Part shown: piece by piece, positions 48,229-58,404 of the stretch
Layout of the letters: every line of letters starts with the position of its first letter
How positions within the stretch are numbered: position 1 is the first letter of the stretch
From: an uncultured Alphaproteobacteria bacterium
GTDB taxonomy: Bacteria > Pseudomonadota > Alphaproteobacteria > CAAHEQ01 > UBA3637
Assembly: GCA_944392125.1 (NCBI GenBank)
Contig: CALXVP010000001.1
Span: 132,325-196,324 of the forward strand
Length of the DNA: 64,000 nucleotides
Direction: 5' to 3'
The notes under the pieces: generated by a model
What the model was told of the DNA's origin: nothing
Database searches by the model: none
What the model saw: only the letters and a program-made list of their open reading frames with translations
Made by a program: the position numbers and the translations under genes

Positions 48229-49782
48229 CTACATAATACCCGAACCGAGTTCATAACGAATACCCGTATCATACCATTCAATCACATTACCCTTTGTCTT
48301 TGTTTTAAAAACAATGCTGGCTTTATAACCCGTTGCACTATCGGCTATCCATTGAGATTGAATGCGCGTTGCAGAAGAAGATGACCATTTTGTTCCGATC
48401 GGTGTTGCCGATGATGACCATTTGGCTTCATTCCATTTTGTCTGGCCCACCTCACCCACATTGGTATAATATTCAACCGTTCGTTGATCAAAGTCCATAT
48501 TCGTATATATGACCAACTGAAACGGCGTTGCCGAACGCGTGCGCGGATTCAATAATTGTATTTTTTTGAGGTTATCCGTTCCCAAATTATTAAACGCTTG
48601 CTCAATTTTGCCTTCAATCGGCAAGCCGTTATCAGAATAACCCGTATCAAATTTATATACGGCATCATCGGAACCAAAATACAAATTATCATCATACAAT
48701 GCCCAACATAATGCCCGTATTCCCGTAAAACGGCACCATGCGCCCGTGTTGATATTGATAACATGCTGTTCAAACTGTTGCGCAACGGGAACATTGAAAA
48801 TCGCATAACCACACTTTGAATAAATAATACCCTGCCAACCGTTTTTGTTTTTATTTTTTGATGTTCTATCCAACACAAGTCCGCGGATGGCATCGCTAAA
48901 TGCAACGGCAGACGTGCCGGCATTGGAAAGGCTGAGAGATTTTCCCATGGGGATATAGCCATCTTGACTGATAATGACAATATCGCCCTGATACGGTAAT
49001 ACGCATTGATAGCCGATTGGTTTACTTAATTGATATGAGCCTTTTAAAGACCAATCATCCGCACTGTTCGGGTTAGAACCGGAATAAACCAATGCCTCGC
49101 CTTCCGATGTAATAAATACCGTTAAATCATCTATACCCTGTCCGCCGTCAACCGTCCAATTTGCAACGGCAACGAGGTATCCGCCACATTTAACAACCTG
49201 CGATAAGTCAAAAGAATATAAATCGCCCGAAATATTTCCGGCCTCGCTTGTATACCATACTTTCAACGTATCTTTTTCTATGAACCATAAAAACTCTTTG
49301 CTGACGGCACCGGAAATAATCCGTTCCGATTGTAAATTTTCACCCGTAAAGCCCCATTCTTCAAAATGCTCAACCCCATCTGCATCAATATAATAAACAC
49401 GCGGTTTATCCGAACCGTTCATCAAATATAAATAATTTTTATACTGAACCTGCTGGCAATATGAATCCGTAAAAGATATATCATATTGACGCACCACTGC
49501 ACTGCTTGATACATTATAAGCATGTCCGCCGGCAATGGCAATCAAGGCACTGTCGCCGGGTTTACGATATGCAGCCAACGTGCGCACCGGTGCTCCGATA
49601 GATGCATGCAATGTATATCCCGGCCGTAAGGCGATTTTATTATCCAACGGAATGTAATTATCCATCGTTTTGGCAAAGAGCGGTTTCATTGTGCTTAATG
49701 AATCTCGGGCATTGAGTCCCAATACGGGCGCGGATAATATATAATCCCGTGATTTAACGCCACGATTAATTGTTCGTTTCAT
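48229..49782 (-). CDS. large virion structural protein (candidate short-tail hub/nozzle protein)
   Basis: 517 aa, beta-rich. Its size and position between the head genes and fibres. Confidence 0.3.
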   Translation of the reverse strand: MKRTINRGVKSRDYILSAPVLGLNARDSLSTMKPLFAKTMDNYIPLDNKIALRPGYTLHASIGAPVRTLAAYRKPGDSALIAIAGGHAYNVSSSAVVRQYDISFTDSYCQQVQYKNYLYLMNGSDKPRVYYIDADGVEHFEEWGFTGENLQSERIISGAVSKEFLWFIEKDTLKVWYTSEAGNISGDLYSFDLSQVVKCGGYLVAVANWTVDGGQGIDDLTVFITSEGEALVYSGSNPNSADDWSLKGSYQLSKPIGYQCVLPYQGDIVIISQDGYIPMGKSLSLSNAGTSAVAFSDAIRGLVLDRTSKNKNKNGWQGIIYSKCGYAIFNVPVAQQFEQHVININTGAWCRFTGIRALCWALYDDNLYFGSDDAVYKFDTGYSDNGLPIEGKIEQAFNNLGTDNLKKIQLLNPRTRSATPFQLVIYTNMDFDQRTVEYYTNVGEVGQTKWNEAKWSSSATPIGTKWSSSSATRIQSQWIADSATGYKASIVFKTKTKGNVIEWYDTGIRYELGSGIM

Positions 49783-49902
49783 TTTATTATCCTTTTTATT
49801 TTTAAAACAATATGTTATTTGATTTACTTAAATTAAAACTAAAATATTTTTTCAAGTAATGATATCACGTTAAAAACATGACTCTTTGCAAATATGCCGA
49901 AC

Positions 49903-50619
49903 TCAACAGGTTGTTCCCGTTAAGGAGCAGATAACCACACTGCCCGTCATATCGTCAAAAATCGGTCCGCCGATAGAAATATCGCGTGTTGCCAAACCGG
50001 TTCCGAATTTCTTTTTGAGTTCTTTTTGATATTCGTTATATTCCTCCGTATAATCCATACCGTTACGTTTTAACCAACGGTAAGTGATTCCGAGCTTAAC
50101 AACATATTTATCAAAAATAGGAATATCGGTATTTTTGCTCAAAACGGATTTTTCTTCCATTGTATCGGCATCCGTGCAAATACTGTTTGAACGGTATTGA
50201 AAAACAATTTTCACACCGGCCGGAGGCGGTGTTAAAAATTTAACGGCATTATTTTGAATCTTAAACCGCACGCCGATCGGTGCGCAATTAAAATACTTTT
50301 CGCGCATCCATTGCTCGGGCGTAATGGAACCGATGACTTCTTCCGCCGTATCTTTCACATAAACGGTATTATTTAAAATACAATAAAAATCGGGTGCAAT
50401 TTCCTCTATCGGATAAATTGTTTTATTCGCTACCGTATATAATACACCCTCTTTTGTTAAATCCTGCCAATTACCATAGCGCATCAAGCTATCCAATTCA
50501 TTTTTGGCAACACTCAGAAAAATGGCACTGTGTTGTGAATTTTTATCAAATAAATCCGTCGGACGTTGTGTTGCTGTCACATCTGCAACTTCCTGACATA
50601 TTTCCAAAATACTACTCAT
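49903..50619 (-). CDS. phage hypothetical structural protein
   Basis: ORF in the structural module. Its start overlaps the upstream gene. Confidence 0.3.
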   Translation of the reverse strand: MSSILEICQEVADVTATQRPTDLFDKNSQHSAIFLSVAKNELDSLMRYGNWQDLTKEGVLYTVANKTIYPIEEIAPDFYCILNNTVYVKDTAEEVIGSITPEQWMREKYFNCAPIGVRFKIQNNAVKFLTPPPAGVKIVFQYRSNSICTDADTMEEKSVLSKNTDIPIFDKYVVKLGITYRWLKRNGMDYTEEYNEYQKELKKKFGTGLATRDISIGGPIFDDMTGSVVICSLTGTTC

Positions 50620-51265
50620 TCGGTTGTTTCTCCTTCAATTTGCGAATACCGGATTTTAATGCTTGTATTTCCGATTTTAATTGATGAATTTTATCTTGAT
50701 ATTCTTTTTCTTTTTTTTCAAAATCGGAAATTACGCCATTATTTTTTTGAACGGCTAAAAACTTTTCAGCCAACTTCTGCTCTGCTTCCAATCCGATTAA
50801 AGAGGCTTTTTCAGAGTCCAATCCGGCCAACTCCTCAACGGTAAAAATGCCACGATATTTGCAACATTCAATTTGTCCGGCATCCAAAAATGCAAACAAA
50901 GTAAGCGGTGTGCCATTTTCGGAACATTTTTTTTCTTGTTTAAAAATCTGATATTCATACGGGAATCTGATAAAATCGCCCTCTTTTGCCGGTCGGTCAA
51001 CAATATCATTTGTATCTTGAATACGAATTTCCACAAACGGAACTGCTTTAATTTCAGGTAATCCGTTCTCGGTTATTTTTCCCGTTTTAACGGCTCGTTC
51101 ATAAAAACGCGCAATCACATGCGTTTCGGGCATGGATTGATGAAAATACTCAAACGACATTTTTCTTCCTTTCACTCCATATATTGAATTACGTAAATAT
51201 GATGATTTCTTTTTGATGATGAATCGGGGGGAGAATTGTTTTACCGTTTTCATCTCATCATTCAC
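50612..51265 (-). CDS. phage hypothetical protein (C-terminal coiled-coil)
   Basis: ORF in the structural module. Confidence 0.3.
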   Translation of the reverse strand: MNDEMKTVKQFSPRFIIKKKSSYLRNSIYGVKGRKMSFEYFHQSMPETHVIARFYERAVKTGKITENGLPEIKAVPFVEIRIQDTNDIVDRPAKEGDFIRFPYEYQIFKQEKKCSENGTPLTLFAFLDAGQIECCKYRGIFTVEELAGLDSEKASLIGLEAEQKLAEKFLAVQKNNGVISDFEKKEKEYQDKIHQLKSEIQALKSGIRKLKEKQPNE

Positions 51266-51321
51266 ACTTCTTCATCATGCGGGCAGACGCTGATATTCCG
51301 CCTGCCCGTTTTTAAAAAGCA

Positions 51322-51867
51322 TTATCCGAGATGATTTTTTAAATATGCCAATACCATGCGATAATCCTCGTCCGAAAGCGCACCGCCGTTATCAGCCGAT
51401 TTAATCGCACTCACCTGCTTTCCTTCCGAGCCCACTGATCGAGCAAGCTGATTATTTGCATTCATCCGATTCTCCTGCAATGCCGTTTTATCGGACATAA
51501 CATTCGGATTATCCGATGAACGGTTATTTTGAAGAACATCATTCCGGAATGCAGGCGTGGATTCCATTACGGATTTTGTATCATCCGTCGGCAAAAATTC
51601 AGATGATTTTTCACCCATATCGGTTGATCGATCAGGCAATTTCACAAAAGCATACTCCCGTGGTTCAATCATACCGCTACGTTCCATAAGTCTCCGAATA
51701 TGATTAACATCATCAATACCCTTAATATCTTTTGTTCTTAATATATAATCGTGAAGATCTTTTGCTTTTTCTTTCAGTTCGGCTTTTTCAAATAAGTCTT
51801 CCAACATTTTTCTGTATTTATTCATTTCTAACCCTTTCATTTTCATATACTTCGGTTGCTCATTCAA
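51322..51867 (-). CDS. phage hypothetical protein
   Basis: ORF immediately downstream of the capsid gene. Confidence 0.3.
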   Translation of the reverse strand: MNEQPKYMKMKGLEMNKYRKMLEDLFEKAELKEKAKDLHDYILRTKDIKGIDDVNHIRRLMERSGMIEPREYAFVKLPDRSTDMGEKSSEFLPTDDTKSVMESTPAFRNDVLQNNRSSDNPNVMSDKTALQENRMNANNQLARSVGSEGKQVSAIKSADNGGALSDEDYRMVLAYLKNHLG

Positions 51868-51924
51868 GCAGAAAAAAAGCCATACTTACCCGTATGGCTT
51901 TTCTCCGTTTGCAACTAAAATGCG

Positions 51925-52890
51925 CTATTCGGCATTATTAACCAAAACACCTTGTAAAGCGGCGTTAGACATTGTTAAGTTTCCAGCCCAACCGATTAAT
52001 TTATACAAAGCATCTTGATTGATTGCCAAACGATTACCCTCAATGGCGCGCATATTCCGATCTTTATGCGGTCTTAAATATAAGTAGTTCGTATTTAAAA
52101 AATACATGTGATCCGCAGGGCACGCACCCCCTTGACCACCGTCAAACAGCACATCGGCGCCTTTAAATTTCAAAGAGACGATACCGCCGTCGGCAACGGC
52201 CGGATTGGTAAAGCGTTGTAAATCCGTTAAAGAATCTTCAAACATGGTATAGAGTTTATCATCGGCAACAATTAAATCCGGTTTATCCACACCGCGCGAG
52301 CATTTTAAATATAAGTCGTTCATCTTTGTGCGGATATTCTCTTTTGTTAAGGTATCCGTCACGGCTTGATTTCGCCAAAATTCATTACCCGTTGTGGCGC
52401 GGTTAATGTTGCCGACGGTGCCCGTTGTCGGCGTATCGGCAACCAACAGTTTCAATCCGCCGATGGATTTACCGTCATTTTCCGTTCCGTCACCGTATAA
52501 AGCCATCGCCATTTGATTGGACATTGCTTTTTCCGCATTATTCAAGCGTTTTTCAAACAAATCAATCATCCGTTGTGAACCGGCATTTTTCAACATTTCT
52601 TCACCGGTAATAGCAACGGGAACGGCGCACATTTTTAACGGATATTCCGCAGCCGTAAATAATTGTTTCGGCGTATAAGTAATCGTATCATAACCCGAAT
52701 ACCAAATCACATCACCCAATCCATACTCTAATTCTTCCAAGATTTTTGTTCCGCCGTCAATCTCTTTAATTTTATCTTTTTGGCTTAAACGCGATAATAA
52801 CACATTATTTTTCGTTACGTTATCTGCCATATCTTTAGAACGGCACTCAACTGCGGTTGTAAATAAATCATTATAGTTTGGATTACTCAT
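51925..52890 (-). CDS. major capsid protein (candidate)
   Basis: 321 aa. Position after the scaffold-like gene. Gly/Thr-rich loops typical of HK97-fold coat proteins. Confidence 0.5.
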   Translation of the reverse strand: MSNPNYNDLFTTAVECRSKDMADNVTKNNVLLSRLSQKDKIKEIDGGTKILEELEYGLGDVIWYSGYDTITYTPKQLFTAAEYPLKMCAVPVAITGEEMLKNAGSQRMIDLFEKRLNNAEKAMSNQMAMALYGDGTENDGKSIGGLKLLVADTPTTGTVGNINRATTGNEFWRNQAVTDTLTKENIRTKMNDLYLKCSRGVDKPDLIVADDKLYTMFEDSLTDLQRFTNPAVADGGIVSLKFKGADVLFDGGQGGACPADHMYFLNTNYLYLRPHKDRNMRAIEGNRLAINQDALYKLIGWAGNLTMSNAALQGVLVNNAE

Positions 52891-52902
52891 TTATTTTTCC
52901 TT

Positions 52903-53700
52903 TCAATTCATTGTGTTAAAAAGTTCTTCAAGCTCCTGCCGAAATGTTTTCTTTGCTTTTGATTCGGCGCTTGCTTTTGAGTGCGGCGAAAACGAAGCCT
53001 CTTTGGCCTTTTGAGCCGCCGCCGCTTTACGGTTCAATTCATTATCGGCATAAACGGCAAGTAATTGCTTACGCACGTTATTATCCAGCCAAATGGCTTT
53101 TTGATAAGCATCATCAATATCATCTGCCATTCCCTTCCGAATTAAATCGGCCATGGCGGGACGAACAAAATCAAAATACGGATGTTTATAACTTCCGCTG
53201 TCATCTTTTTCCGCCTGATAGGCCGTCACCTTTTCACGGTATTTAAAATTCGGCGTATACGGCATGCCGACACCGTATATCTCACATAACTCACGAATGA
53301 TTCCTTTCGGATTTTTTTCCATTTCATCATCTATTTGCGTTAAGAATAAAAAGTAATCATGCGGTGTTTTAAACCCGATATTTTCTAATCGGGCTTTTCG
53401 GTTTAAAAACGTTTGCTCTACCCAATCATACGGATTTGTTTTTTCGGTTTCTTGACGTATGGACTGACTGATTTCCTCCGCCACCTTTTGCTTTCCAATC
53501 ACGGCATTATTATCTTTTTCTACGCTTTCCACAGCTTCTTTTTTTTGAGCTGACTCCTTTTCTTTTTGGGATTTTGAAGACTGTTCCATCAATCTCTTCA
53601 CAGCCTCCATAAATTTAAAAAAATCGTCCGATTTTATCTCATCGGGCGATTTTGCTTGACATGTGAGTTTATCACATTTGGATTTTTCATCACTCATACC
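52903..53700 (-). CDS. scaffolding-like protein (highly charged, helical)
   Basis: Lys/Glu-rich, predicted helical. Immediately upstream of the capsid gene. The start is placed at MSDEKSK. Confidence 0.4.
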   Translation of the reverse strand, partial: GMSDEKSKCDKLTCQAKSPDEIKSDDFFKFMEAVKRLMEQSSKSQKEKESAQKKEAVESVEKDNNAVIGKQKVAEEISQSIRQETEKTNPYDWVEQTFLNRKARLENIGFKTPHDYFLFLTQIDDEMEKNPKGIIRELCEIYGVGMPYTPNFKYREKVTAYQAEKDDSGSYKHPYFDFVRPAMADLIRKGMADDIDDAYQKAIWLDNNVRKQLLAVYADNELNRKAAAAQKAKEASFSPHSKASAESKAKKTFRQELEELFNTMN

Positions 53701-53902
53701 AAATTCCTTTCTTAAACAAATGAATAATATCAGCCCGCAACTTTGCGCGCTGTTTTTGGTTTTCCCGAAACCGAACATTATCAAGATAAGCTTTTGAATA
53801 ATCACCGGCCAATGCGTTACCGGAACGTTTTAAGTAGCTATCAATATCGGCATAGGATTCGGCAACACTGCCGTCGGGCAAACAAATCGGTTCTTTGAGC
53901 AT
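53690..53902 (-). CDS. small phage hypothetical protein
   Basis: ORF only. Confidence 0.25.
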   Translation of the reverse strand: MLKEPICLPDGSVAESYADIDSYLKRSGNALAGDYSKAYLDNVRFRENQKQRAKLRADIIHLFKKGIWYE

Positions 53903-53999
53903 ATTTTTCGTCCTTATACTTCACGATATACGGCAATAAAGATTGTTGATTCAATTTATCTGCAACAAATGTTATTTATTAATTGAAAGCAACACTTCA

Positions 54000-54230
54000 T
54001 TAACCCGGATTTAATACATTGGCTAATTCTTCGCGTCTGCTCTCATCATACATTTTTTCCCATTTTTTTTGCTTTAACAATTCTTTGATTTCGGACCATT
54101 TTTGTCCTTGTTGATAATTTTGAATCATTGCATCAAAATTAACGGATTGTCCTTCTTTTACTTTCGGTCGCGTTAACGTGCCGATTTGCGCAATTAACCC
54201 GGCGCTGTTTTCTCTTAAATTCATACTCAT
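54000..54230 (-). CDS. small phage hypothetical protein
   Basis: ORF only. Confidence 0.25.
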   Translation of the reverse strand: MSMNLRENSAGLIAQIGTLTRPKVKEGQSVNFDAMIQNYQQGQKWSEIKELLKQKKWEKMYDESRREELANVLNPG

Positions 54231-54297
54231 TTTTCCCTTTCAAAACGTTCTCACTCTATCTGATACAAACGATGCCTTATGATTAACAATTCAACTT

Positions 54298-54603
54298 TCA
54301 GTCGGCATGCGCCATATATTTCATTATATTATCGGGAGCAATTTTTTTTCTTTCTTGAAAACGGCGGTAATAATCAAGCCATTGTTCAAACTGCTCACGC
54401 GGAGATTTATCCATAAATCGCCTCAATGAATTTTCTCTTTTGTGCGGAATGGTTATTGAATCCGTTGCGGAAATTGTTTCTTCCCCACTCAAAAATTCAT
54501 CCGATAAACCGCCCTTGCCGGCTTCTTCCGCTAATTTTTTAAGCAATAAATCAATGTAAGCCTGTTCGGCTCTTTCACTTGTAAATTGATTTTTAGAATA
54601 CAT
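54298..54603 (-). CDS. small phage hypothetical protein
   Basis: ORF only. Confidence 0.25.
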   Translation of the reverse strand: MYSKNQFTSERAEQAYIDLLLKKLAEEAGKGGLSDEFLSGEETISATDSITIPHKRENSLRRFMDKSPREQFEQWLDYYRRFQERKKIAPDNIMKYMAHAD

Positions 54604-54647
54604 TTTTATTCCTTTATAAAAAAATAAACGTGAGAATCAATTAAAAA

Positions 54648-56243
54648 TTATTCTTTCAACTCGGTTTCAATTTTTTGAAATACTTGCCCGATAACAGGTT
54701 CGTATTGACGTGCCGTCGGCATTGTCATTGCGATACTCTCCAACATTTTTTGATATAACGGTAAAAGCAAAGGTTGATTGGAAACAACCTCAAATGCTTT
54801 GATGATGATTTCGTTAATTAATGTAACAGATTCCAATGTGGCCTTTGCCGTATTTTCGTTTTGGTAAGATATATCCGTTTCTATTCCGAGAATCATCCCG
54901 CGCAATTTATCCGTTTTTAATAAACGAATAGCCTCATCAACCGCTTCTTGATTTGATAAATCTTCCGCCTGCAAAAACGAACGCAACGAGTCTTCCGAAA
55001 ATAATTCGCAAATCATTTCGGCTTTAATGCGCAATAAATCGGTTATAAAACGAAGCATATCATTTTGTCTGTCTTGATTGCGCAAAGTGCCGAAATTCGT
55101 TTTTTTGGTAACGGCGGTTGCCGTTTCAGACTGATTAGACGTGCCACGCATAATATCCGAAACACCCGTGATTTCGTAAATTTGTTTAGATAAATCTTCC
55201 CGTCGTTGCGCCAAAGCCTGCAAAGCTTCCACATATTGCGTAATCGGAATAAAATCTATTGCACCGCGAATACCGCCCACTTCTTTCAAACGATCAAATT
55301 CCGGAATGGAAACAAGTGTAACGTCTTTTTCAAAAATATCCGCTAACCGACTAAATGAATTATCATACACGCCACTCACTTTTAACGCTTTCATTGTTAA
55401 CCGCATGCGTTCATTGATGCCATCCATTTCATTTAACATTGTTCGGATTTGAACAAAATCGGGGACGGGCACCAATCCATCATTTGCCAATGTTGCAAAA
55501 ATGGGCTTGGGAAACGGGAAAAAACCATCTAAATGCAAATAGTCTTCAATGATTTTTAAAAACCTGTTCGGCAGAGATTCCGTTAAATACTTAACGGTTC
55601 TATCCGTTTTATCCCAAATTTCGTAGATAACAATCTGATTTTTATCATCACCTGAAAGAGATTGAAAAATATCATCACCGAATTGTTCACGCGCTTCTTT
55701 AACCGTCATGTTAATTTTTCGGGCAATCCAGGAAACATCTTCCCAAACATTAACATTTTCCGTATCAATTAAAAAATCTTTCGGCGATACGTAAACGGTA
55801 TCCACTTGCTCCGTTTCAATAATATCCACTTGATTTTCTGCGTCCAACGTCTTAAAGACCGGTTGATATTTTTCATAGCAAACCCCCATACCCACCAGCA
55901 AAAAATCATTTCTGGCGTATTTAATTACACTATCAAAATCAAAATGAGATAAATTCCAATCAAGAGCGCGTTCCATTATTTTACAAGCCAATGCCGCCGA
56001 TTGATTCGTTGATTTATCTTTTCTTTCAATATACGGCTTTGGCGTTTTAAAATATAAAAACGGTTTAAGCGTTTCAATAGAAGACCAAAACAAGTTATTG
56101 ATGTTTTTATTTTTATCGTTTTTATAATAGTTTCTTATTTTATCAATCAATTCATGATAATCTTTATATTTTTCTTTGGACTTTTGAATTCTATGCAGCC
56201 ATACATCAACCGCCATCGGATTCACTAAATTATCCTCTTGCAT
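54648..56243 (-). CDS. portal protein (candidate)
   Basis: 531 aa. Position between TerL/GroES-like and the scaffold/capsid genes. Acidic helical C-terminus. Confidence 0.55.
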   Translation of the reverse strand: MQEDNLVNPMAVDVWLHRIQKSKEKYKDYHELIDKIRNYYKNDKNKNINNLFWSSIETLKPFLYFKTPKPYIERKDKSTNQSAALACKIMERALDWNLSHFDFDSVIKYARNDFLLVGMGVCYEKYQPVFKTLDAENQVDIIETEQVDTVYVSPKDFLIDTENVNVWEDVSWIARKINMTVKEAREQFGDDIFQSLSGDDKNQIVIYEIWDKTDRTVKYLTESLPNRFLKIIEDYLHLDGFFPFPKPIFATLANDGLVPVPDFVQIRTMLNEMDGINERMRLTMKALKVSGVYDNSFSRLADIFEKDVTLVSIPEFDRLKEVGGIRGAIDFIPITQYVEALQALAQRREDLSKQIYEITGVSDIMRGTSNQSETATAVTKKTNFGTLRNQDRQNDMLRFITDLLRIKAEMICELFSEDSLRSFLQAEDLSNQEAVDEAIRLLKTDKLRGMILGIETDISYQNENTAKATLESVTLINEIIIKAFEVVSNQPLLLPLYQKMLESIAMTMPTARQYEPVIGQVFQKIETELKE

Positions 56244-56261
56244 TTTTTTCCCTTTCTTTTT

Positions 56262-56528
56262 TTATTCGTTTTCATAAATGCCCAATAAACTGGCTTGCCG
56301 TATCACAATCACATTCGGATCATACGTCGGCAACTCCTCCCACCTGTAAAACAAAACCTCATCTCCCGCCTTTACGCATTGAACCAGTGGTCCTACCGAT
56401 TCTACAACACCGCGCGTCGGCGCCTCTGTCTGCGTCAGCAAAACACCGCCGGCACTTTTATTTTGCGGTTGAATACGCACAAATATACGATCCATCACAG
56501 CTTTTATCATCCGTTCAACTCCTTTCAT
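56262..56528 (-). CDS. GroES-like co-chaperonin (Hsp10 fold)
   Basis: DRIFVRIQPQNKSAGGVLLT...RGVVESVG...VKAGDEVLF...VIVIRQASLLGI aligns with the GroES mobile-loop and beta-barrel motifs. Confidence 0.55.
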   Translation of the reverse strand: MKGVERMIKAVMDRIFVRIQPQNKSAGGVLLTQTEAPTRGVVESVGPLVQCVKAGDEVLFYRWEELPTYDPNVIVIRQASLLGIYENE

Positions 56529-56679
56529 TTTCTATTGATAAAATCTCAACTTGAATCTCATGATAAAACAAGCCATACATTTTTGGATAAAAACGATTGC
56601 TCCATGCAACCGAGATTCTGACTTTCAAATTTATCATCAACTATGTTCTTTCGCCGAATGCGGAGAATATCTTTATAAA

Positions 56680-58005
56680 TTACCACTCGTTCCGGGATGA
56701 ATGAGATAATCGATTGGCATCCGAAAACATTTTTTCTATGGTAATTCGTCCGTTACCGTAAAATGTATCCTCACCGGTATCATAAACAGGTTCGGCAAAT
56801 GTCAGTGCAAGCGCATCGGCTTTATCGGGAGAACGCCCCAACCTTTTTTTAACTTCCTCTTTTTCTTCCAGTTGCAACCGCCCCATTTTATCATATTTTT
56901 TATTTACCGAGACCAGCTCATCCAACAGGCTTTCATCATACGGCAGTTGAACGGCCTCACCGAGCCAAGCCCGAACGGAATCCCACATTTCAGCCCGCCT
57001 GTTTGTATACCGATCCGAATTAATGGCTTTTTCGCCGAAATAAATACCACGCACGATTCTTCCGTAACCTCTGTCTTTCAAAATATCATAAACGCCGGCA
57101 CCTTGCCCGCCGATATCCATAAAAACTCTGGCCGGATGATACTGTTGTATGAAATGTGTCGTTAAATTAGCAACCTCAACCGTATCATATTGATTATAAA
57201 CTTCAAAACGGGAACAAAGTCGCCCTTTCCGAAAACAAAAAACCGTGGAATCATCACCAAATCGTGCAATATCCAACCCGATAATCAACGGACTTGTGGA
57301 AGATATGATTTTTGCCTCAAAAGCACGTCTGACCATTTCGGCATTCATCAATTTTGTATGCCCTTGTCGCACCGGTTCTCCCAACCAAATATGTGCATAA
57401 TCCTCCGGATTTTGTTGACGGGATTTTTCGGCCTGTATTTTTAACTCTTCGGAACAAAACGGATTATCGCAATAATTTACTTTAACCACCAACGTTCGTT
57501 CATCGGGATGACTGCCGACAGCCACCCATATCGGATCATTTTCGGCCTCGCGATTCATGGAAATCCAAATTTCGGATCCATCTTTACGAATGGTCGGTTC
57601 CAAAATTTCCCATGATTTTTTCGTTATGGTTTGCGCTTCCTCAATCCAAGCAATATCCGTTCCTTCCAGTGATTTAATTTTTTGCGGATCTTGATCTCTT
57701 AATCCCTTAAAAACAATTCGTGAGCCGTTTTTTAAATTGATGATTTCATCCGCCTTAATTTGCCAATTGGGCAAGCCGTGCACCGAAATTCTATCCGCAA
57801 TCAATTTATATACCGAATCCCGAATTGATTCTTGCACCTCCCGTAAACAAACCGCAAATAGTTTTTTACGCGTTGCCCTTACCAACAACGCATCGGCAAA
57901 CGCATACGACTTTCCACCGCCACGACCGCCGTAATACAATTTAATCCGATATTTTTTTGTAATCAACGGCAAGAACGGGCGGGCAATTTGAATATTAACC
58001 TGCAT
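56680..58005 (-). CDS. terL: terminase large subunit (PBSX/Terminase_3-like)
   Basis: Walker A YYGGRGGGKSY, Walker B-like IAWIEEAQ, and a C-terminal RNaseH-like nuclease region with conserved Asp (LDIARFGDDSTV). Confidence 0.85.
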   Translation of the reverse strand: MQVNIQIARPFLPLITKKYRIKLYYGGRGGGKSYAFADALLVRATRKKLFAVCLREVQESIRDSVYKLIADRISVHGLPNWQIKADEIINLKNGSRIVFKGLRDQDPQKIKSLEGTDIAWIEEAQTITKKSWEILEPTIRKDGSEIWISMNREAENDPIWVAVGSHPDERTLVVKVNYCDNPFCSEELKIQAEKSRQQNPEDYAHIWLGEPVRQGHTKLMNAEMVRRAFEAKIISSTSPLIIGLDIARFGDDSTVFCFRKGRLCSRFEVYNQYDTVEVANLTTHFIQQYHPARVFMDIGGQGAGVYDILKDRGYGRIVRGIYFGEKAINSDRYTNRRAEMWDSVRAWLGEAVQLPYDESLLDELVSVNKKYDKMGRLQLEEKEEVKKRLGRSPDKADALALTFAEPVYDTGEDTFYGNGRITIEKMFSDANRLSHSSRNEW

Positions 58006-58065
58006 CTTTATAATCCTTTTTTATCACCGGATAATTTAAAAATAAAACCGCTGTCAAAAGTTGTT

Positions 58066-58404
58066 TTACTGAGAATCAGCCCCACTATCCGCATGCATTT
58101 CGTTAACGGCGCCGTCTGATACTTTAACAATTTTTTTCTTCGCTTTTTCTTTCTTTTTTTTAGGGGTTGCCGATTTTGAATTTAATTCGACAACCTCAAT
58201 TTTTATTTTATCAACGGATTCATCTTGTTCTGTTTTCCCTTTCTCACCGATTAAATCACGAATCACCTCAAACGCACGAATATCTCCTCCCGAGGCTTTT
58301 TCAAATAACGCCTGCAATAAATTATTTTGAAGTTCCTCATTTTGCATCATATCAATCATGGCGGCACGCAATGTCCGCTTGCCTTGTTTTACTTTTTTCA
58401 TCAC
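58066..58404 (-). CDS. terS: terminase small subunit (candidate)
   Basis: 112 aa. Immediately upstream of terL. Helical N-terminal DNA-binding-like domain with a Lys-rich tail. Confidence 0.45.
   Translation of the reverse strand: MMKKVKQGKRTLRAAMIDMMQNEELQNNLLQALFEKASGGDIRAFEVIRDLIGEKGKTEQDESVDKIKIEVVELNSKSATPKKKKEKAKKKIVKVSDGAVNEMHADSGADSQ

Larger units (their letters stand above)
41745..58404 (-). mobile_element. phage-like morphogenesis + lysis gene cluster (about 16.7 kb, all on the minus strand). No integrase, replication or regulatory genes in the window. Prophage remnant or GTA-like element.
   Basis: TerS, TerL, GroES-like, portal, scaffold, major capsid, several virion proteins, a GNAT acetyltransferase, 2 x (tail fibre + chaperone), holin-like protein, GH24 endolysin, i/o-spanins. 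Flanked by GT2 (plus strand) and ftrC-like/pgpA. Confidence 0.6.
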
